Shown here: positions 57,267-64,000 of the stretch, piece after piece
Numbering within the stretch: position 1 is the stretch's first letter
Layout of the letters: the number at the start of each line of letters is the position of its first letter
Source: the human T2T-CHM13v2.0 reference genome, Homo sapiens
Assembly: GCF_009914755.1 (NCBI RefSeq)
Contig: NC_060930.1
Direction: 5' to 3' (one strand)
Length of the DNA stretch: 64,000 nucleotides
The notes under the pieces: model-generated
What the model saw: only the letters and a program-made list of their open reading frames with translations
Told to the model about the DNA's origin: nothing
The model's database searches: none
Translations under genes and position numbers: made by a program

Positions 57267-57582
57267 GGCCAGGCGCAGTGACACACACCTGTAATTCCAG
57301 CATTTTCGGAGGCCGAGGTGAGCGGATCACCTGTGGTCAGGAGTTTGAGACCAGCCCGGCCAACATGGTGAAATCCCGCCTCTACTAAAAATACAAAAAT
57401 TAGCCGGGCGTGGTGGCAGGCACCTGTAACCCCAGCTACTTGGGAGGCTGAGGCAGGGAGAATTGCTTGAACAAGGCGGGTGGAGGTTGCAGCGAGCCAA
57501 GATTGCGCCACTGCACTCCAGCCTGGGCAACAGAATGAAACTCTGTATCAAAAAAAAAAAAAAAATTAATATTAAAATAAAA
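57267..57582 (+). mobile_element. AluSx-like
   Basis: Full dimer; AAAGAAATGATA repeated on both flanks. Confidence 0.95.
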
Positions 57583-58049
57583 AAAGAAATGATAGAATTC
57601 TATAGTTTCTCTTTCATTTGGGCTATAATTGTCTCATGGGCAAGGCCCTTCTCTTTTGTATTTGTTAAAATATTAGTGTCTAAAAGTTCAATAAAGACGT
57701 ATTGAAGGAGGACATTAAAAAATTTTAAAAACACCTTGAACCTGATCAAACAATTTAATTTCAAAAACTAAAAAATCCCCTGATGGTGTACAGCTTCTCT
57801 CTTTGACGGCATATTCTCTTAAGCAAACATTTTAGTTAAGAAAGGAGTCTCCACAAGGTTTGCCTGCAGCTGACATCTGCTTGTTAGGAAGCAAGAGAGC
57901 AACACTCCACCTAAAAACTGTTATAAAAACTCCCCTCAAAGAACAAACCTAAAAATTACTAATTAAAAACAAAATAAAATAACAAAGTTCACCAAAGAAA
58001 GGGCTAGTATATTTGCAGAATGTATGTATATCTACTCTATCTTTAATCC

Positions 58050-58560
58050 AGTCATGCACTGATTACTTACCAGTCACTCTTCTAGGTGTGGGAATGCACC
58101 TGTGAGCCAAACAGGTAAAGTCCATGCTCTCACACAAAATATTACAGTGGAAGAAATATGCAATAAACACACACACACAGTATTTGTGGGTGACACATGC
58201 TATGGGATGAAAAGGGGTAATGTGCTATGGGGAAAAGATATCCTGGGAAAAAGCAACGGTGAGTTCTAGAGAGGAGGTGGTGTTCCTATTTCATGTAAGG
58301 GGTCAGGAGGTCCTGTTCGTGAAGGTATCATTAGATCAGGGAGCTCTATAGTAAATGACAGAATAAGCCATGTAGTATAATATATGACCAAAAAGCACTC
58401 TAGGTAGAGAGAAGTGAAAGTGGAAAGACGTTGGGGTAGGAACATTAAGTGGAGTCTTTGAGGAACAGGATAGAGGTCAGGGTGGCTGCAGCAGAATGAG
58501 AAAGAGGGCAGGTATTAAGAGATGAATTAAGAGGTTGTCGGGGGCCAGATCATGTGGGGC
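58050..58560 (-). mobile_element. L2 fragment (host of the THE1 insertion)
   Basis: Ends GGGGCCAGATCATGTGGGGC and resumes CCTTAGAGGC after the THE1. Confidence 0.6.
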
Positions 58561-60637
58561 TGTATTTTCATGCTGCTGATAAAGACATACTCAAGACTGC
58601 ATAATTTACAAAGAAAAAGAGATTTAATGGACTCACAGTTCCACGTGGCTAGGGAGACCTCAAAATCATGGTGGAAGGCAAGAGTCACGTCTCACATCGC
58701 AGCAGGCAAGAGAGAGAATAAGAGTCAAGTGGAACAGGTTTCCCTTTATCAAACATCAGATCTCGTGACACTTATTCACTACCATGAGAACAGTATGGGA
58801 GAAACTGCCCCCATGATTCAATTATCTCCCACCGAGTCCCTCCCACAATATGTGGGAATTATGGGAGTACAATTCAAGATGAGATTTGGGTGGGGACACA
58901 GAATGAAAGCATATCATTCTGCTCCTGCCCCCTGCCAAATCTCATATTCTCACATTTCAAAATCAATCATGCCTTTCCAACAGTCCCCCAAAGTCTTAAC
59001 TCATTTCAGCATTAACTCAAAGTCCATAGTCCCAAGTCTTATCTGAGACAAGGCAAGTCTCTTCCGCCTATGAGCCTGTAAAATCAAAAGCAAGTTAGTT
59101 AATTCCTAGATATAATGAAGGTACAGGCATTGGGTAAATACAGCCATTCCAAATGGTAGAAATTGGCTAAAACAAAGGGGCTACTGGCCCCATGGTGCAA
59201 GCTGTCAGTGGATCTACCATTCTGGAGTCTGGAGGATGGTGACCCTCTTCTCACAGCTCCACTAGGTGATGCCCCAGTAGGGACTCTGTGTGGGGACTCC
59301 AATCCCATATTTCCCTTCTGCACTGCCCTAGGAGAGGTTCTCCATGAGAGCCCCACCCCTGCAGCAAACTTTTGCCTGGACATCCAGGTATTTCCCTACA
59401 TCCTCTCAAATCTAAGCAGAGGTTCCCAAACCCCAATTCTTGACTTCTGTGCACTGGCAGGCTCAACACCACGTGGCAGCTGCCAAGGCTTGAGGCTTTC
59501 ATCCTCTGAAGCCATGTCCTGAGCTCTGTGTTGGCCCCTTTCAGCCATGGCTGGAGTGACTGGGACACAGGGCACCAAGTCCCTAGGCTGCACACAGCGT
59601 GGGGACCCTGGGCCCAGCCCACAAAAAAAACACTCTTTTCTCCTAGGCCTCCGGGCCATGATGGGAAGGGCTGCCATGAAGACCTCTGACATGCCCTGGA
59701 GACATTTTCCCCATTGTCTTGGGGCTTAACATTTGGCTCTGTGTTACTTATAAAAATTTCTAAAGCTGGCTTGAATTTCTCCTCATATAATGGGATCTTC
59801 TTTTATATCGCATTGTCAGGCTGCAAACTTTTATGTCTGCTTCCCTTATAAACCGAATGCCTTTAACACACCAAGTCACTTCTTGAATACTTTGCAGGTT
59901 AGAAATTTCTTCTGCCAGATACCTTAAATCATCTCTCTCAAGTTGAAAGTTCCACAAGTCTCTAGGGCAGGGGCAAAATGCTGCCAGTCTCTTTGCTAAA
60001 ACCTAACAAGTGTCACCTTTGCTCCAGTTCCCAACAAGTTCCTCATCTCCATCTGAGACCACCTCAGCGTGGATTTCACTGTCCACTCCATATCATTATC
60101 ACCATTTTGGTCAAAGCCATTCAGCAAGTCTCTAGAGAGTTCCAAACTTTCCTACATTTTCCTGTCTTCTTCTGAGCCCTCCAAACTGTTCCAACTTCTG
60201 TCTGTTATTCAGGTTCCAAAGTCACTTCCACATTTTCAGGTATCTTTTCAGCAGCACCCCACTCCTGGTACCCATTTACTGTATTACTTCATTTTTATGC
60301 TGCTAAGACATACCCAAGACTGGGTAATTTACAAAGAAAAAGAGATTTAATGGACTCACAGTTCCACGTGGCTGGGGAGGCCTCACAAGCATGGCAAAAG
60401 GTGAAAGGCATGTCTTACATTGCAGCAGGCAAGAGAGAGAATGAGCACCAAATGAAACAGGTTTTCCCTTATCAAACCATTAGAACTTATGAAACATATT
60501 CACTATCACAAGAACAGTATGGGAGAAACCACCATGATTCAATTATCTCCCACTGAGTCTCTCCTACAATATGTGGGAATTATGGGAGTAAAATTCAAGA
60601 TAAGATTTGAGTGGGGAAACAGAGCCAAACCATACCA
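58561..60637 (-). mobile_element. THE1 (THE1B/C-like) MaLR element: LTR 58561-58916, internal 58917-60279, LTR 60280-60637
   Basis: Two homologous LTRs (GGACTCACAGTTCCACGTGGCT...CCATGATTCAATTATCTCCCAC), THE1-int between them, 5-bp TSD GGGGC / GGAGC. Confidence 0.95.
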
Positions 60638-61208
60638 GGAGCCTTAGAGGCAGGGACTTGAGGTACATCACATATATTAAGTAGAATGTTCTCCAATCTT
60701 CTAAAGAGTTCTGCTGTAAAAGGGCAGTAACAATAATAGTCATCTGCACTGCCAAGGAGAGGACTCAAGATGGGGGAGACCTGAGTCTGCTAAAATACAG
60801 ACAGGAAGCAGAAAGCCAAGTGGGAGAACTTGCAGTGAGGGAGGGGAGTTTAAGAGCTCTGCTTGACAAACTAATCAGTACTTTCTCCTCAGAAACAGGT
60901 CTAAGAGAGATAACAGGAATTAAATTACAGAAATGTTGAGGTGAGGAAGAAAATAATTTAGAAAGCCTACATCGACTTTTTTTTTTTTTTTTTTTAAGCA
61001 AAGTAGATTGCCTGTCTAAGAGTCACAGGGGCAAACTGGGGGCCTGAAAAGAGTGAATAACTTTTGTATGATTCCTATGGGATAAATGAATCCTCCAAAT
61101 TCATTACTTCTCTACTCCATGACTTGAGGGGGAGGTGGCACATGAATTATGTTTTATTGTTTAACTGGGGAAAAAGAAAGAAAATACTAAAAATGACAAA
61201 AGCAAACC

Positions 61209-61405
61209 CGGCTTAGCAGTGCACGCCTGTAGTCCCACTTACTTGGGAAGTTCAGGTAGGAGGATCACTTGAGGCTAGGAATTTGAGGACAGCCTAGGTA
61301 ATATGTTGAGATCCATCTCTTAGGTAATATATATATATATTGAGATCCATCTCTTAGGTAATATATATATATTGAGATCCATCTCTTAGGAAAATAAAAA
61401 AAAAA
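61209..61405 (+). mobile_element. FLAM/Alu monomer containing an internal triplication
   Basis: GCACGCCTGTAGTCCCA...GGAGGATCACTTGAGG...; three TAGGTAATAT..TTGAGATCCATCTCT units. Confidence 0.85.
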
Positions 61406-62018
61406 CATAAAGCTTTACAACTGTCTTCTATACAAGCAACTCCTTCTAGTGCCCAACTCCTTTTAGGCTTTACTGTGTGTCAAATTAGGTTTGGTCTTTT
61501 TCTGCAGCAGCTGGTGTGACAACTCCTTTTCTGGTCTAGGGGCAGCAGTTAAAGACCTGAAATCATTGCCTCAGCTTATATCCTAGAGAAAGCTCTGACT
61601 ATTCATATTTATTATCCCCCACAGCCTTCAATGGCTACTTGAGTTGAAGTTCTAAATTATTCTTCAGCTGGTAAAACAGCTTGCAGTAAGGGAAGTCTAA
61701 GGAGTGACTTAAATCAGTGTAAACACAAATCATTACCAAGGGTTGCGCTTAAGTCAGAAGAATAGCACATTTAGTAAAGACATATTCCATAGTAATAAAG
61801 ACTATCACAATTTTAGATATTCTCGGATATTATGGAAAGGAGAGTGAAAGGAAACATCACTGTCCTTTAACTGCACATGTAAAAATACTAACAACTGAAG
61901 AAAACTATTTCTTAAGTAAATGGATTAAAAACAGCCACTATGATTACTGAAATTTGGGCCACGAATAATTAAATCTTTAAAGAACTTTTTAGACAGTTAC
62001 TTATAAAGGAAGATACAC

Positions 62019-62264
62019 TTTTTTTTTTTTTTTGAAATGGAGTCTCACTCTGTCACCCAGGTTGCAGTGCAGTGGTGTGATCTCAGCTCACTGCAACCTC
62101 CGCCTCCTGGGCTCAAGTGATTCTCCTGTCTCAGTCTCCTGAGGAGCTGGGATTACAGGCAGGCATCATCACAGTCAGTTAATTTTCGTATTTTTAGTAG
62201 ATACATGTTGGCCGGGCTGGTTTCGAACTCCTGACCTCAAGTGATCCTCCCGCCTCGGCCTCCC
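62019..62264 (-). mobile_element. AluS, 5'-truncated with a small internal deletion
   Basis: Antisense Alu ending at CTCGGCCTCCCA. Confidence 0.9.
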
Positions 62265-64000
62265 ACCTTTTTTAATAAAATTCATGTCACAATAAAGGGC
62301 TACCAAATATTCAATCTTCAATTCAGAATGCTTTAAATTTCATCTTCTACTATAGATATGATTGATTCGCTAACATCTAAAAAAGATTCAGCTAGTCAGA
62401 ATTGCTGTCTCTTTCTAGCAAGTTTTCACTTTTTTTTTAAGCAGTAATAAGCAATTCCATCCCCAATGCGGACTTAGAATCACAGCCTACATGTGCAAGT
62501 CTATAACAAACCTGCATGACACACAGTAGAATCTCATTGGTTCACACCCTTGCAAAAACCACAACCCCTCAACTTTCAAAAAAGCAAAGGCCTCTTTACC
62601 TAAGTGCACATTAGCTGCTGGCTTAGGCAGGCCTTATGACATGGCTGCCTCCCCAGTGGGCAGGCGTACCACAGCAAGGCACTCATTAAGCTATTGAGTT
62701 TCATTCCAGTAACCGTTCAAATACATTCTTCATTGTACCATAAAGTATGGTTGTTTGATGCTAGAACTTTGATTTTCCTCCTCCTTCTCTTTTTCTATCC
62801 CCCATCCCTACCTTCTCAACCATTTTGGTATTTTTTTTTTTTTTTCTCCCATGCTAACACACTCACAAAAATCCAGTAATTCTCAATGGATCTCTTGGTC
62901 ATTAGTGCAAATTAGTGAGGTTTTACTGAATATGCTCAGATTTGATTTGCCAAGTTCTTTTCCCGTTAAAGTTTTAAACCCATGTGTATTTCAAAGGAAA
63001 TCTAATTTGTAGGTTTCGGATTCATTTACACTCAACTCACAAACGTGGTTCTGTGAGTGCCCCCATAGCTGGTGTACAAGAAGCCACAGGAGCTGGTTTC
63101 CCTTCCTCTTAACAAGTTCTTGTTAGAATGTTTGCTTTGAAGTAGGTATTTGGACCATGCTGGAAGCAAACAGAATAAAACCCCAGGAAAACGTAAAGTA
63201 AAATTTAAAAACCAAGTTCATGTTTTTCTTGCCCCAATAATTATACTTTTTAAAGAAAAGTCTCTAAGGATGGAACCATCCATTTCAGCCTTTTAAGGAT
63301 GATGTCACCATCTACCTGCCTGGATGAGGCTGTGTCTCATAATGCTTCTGTGACAAGGTAGTCATCTGCGAGTATATGGCTTTCTCTGCTTAGGTCCTGT
63401 CTTGTCCATTTTGTCATGCTATGGACTCTTCAGCTGCTAGGCAACCCAACGCTGCTCCACCATTCCCTCTAAGACTCTGCTGCTGGGAGTCTTGAAGGTG
63501 CCATTTCTGCCTGTGGGGGTCCCCACACCTATCAATTCCTGCCTGTCTTCCCCTCTTTGGAGCTCCTTAGCTCTGCCTGTTTTCTTGGACTTCATCACAG
63601 CAACTACTTCCTGTGTTTCCTGATGTTTGTCCCAAAGACAAACATCAGGATAGATTCCTTGTCAACTCATCTTGGATTCCCAATGCTTCTTGGCTAAAGT
63701 CACAACTGCAGACCTCCTGCTGCAGTCACGGAATACCATGGTTTTGCCTCTGTGCTGACAATTTCCCCAATAGCTATGCTATCCCAATGGGTGGACCTAC
63801 TGCCTACTGCTGACCCTGGCTTCTCTTTGTCACTTTTGATTCCTCTGAATAAAAGAGCCAAATGTCACTGATGTTTCTGTTTCTATTACCCATTTCCACA
63901 GTGTGAGACCAGTAGCAGGTAAGATGTGAATGCTGATGAGACTCTGTGCTCACATGGATGGCATGAGCTGTGCCTCAAAAGGCAGAACATCTCTAGCAGT

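Noticed and set aside
58552-60556. Cluster of overlapping ORFs up to 164 aa
   Set aside because: All lie within the THE1 LTR/internal sequence; typical spurious repeat ORFs

Overview
This is primate genomic DNA, almost certainly human, because it carries an AluYa5 with all five diagnostic bases. It is AT-rich, repeat-dense intergenic or deep-intronic sequence. I found no CpG island and no protein-coding gene I can recognise. The ORF track is mostly explained by Alu, L1 and LTR sequence or by chance, and I cannot name the locus. Repeat content: about 20 Alu/FLAM copies, two long old L1M relics (about 7.6-14.4 kb and 38.1-39.8 kb), a two-LTR THE1, a solo LTR1-like element, LTR47-, LTR41- and MER34-like LTRs, MLT/MST fragments, a MADE1 MITE, MIR/L2/MER5 fragments and microsatellites. 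Signals not explained by repeats: (i) a compact three-exon + strand transcript model at about 24.35-24.95 kb with two near-minimal introns (78 and 69 nt), a TATA-like box and a poly(A) signal; (ii) a clean 102-nt - strand exon candidate at 22.8 kb lying between two copies of a ~208-bp local duplication, the second of which ends in a template-switch-like scar; (iii) further local duplications of apparently unique DNA between 30 and 36.5 kb; (iv) a 35-nt truncated U2 snRNA retrocopy with target-site duplications. I see no evidence for a new multi-gene system; the best novelty candidates are the small spliced lncRNA/micropeptide unit and the duplication cluster. Repeat subfamily names come from my recall of consensus sequences, and boundaries of old repeats are approximate.
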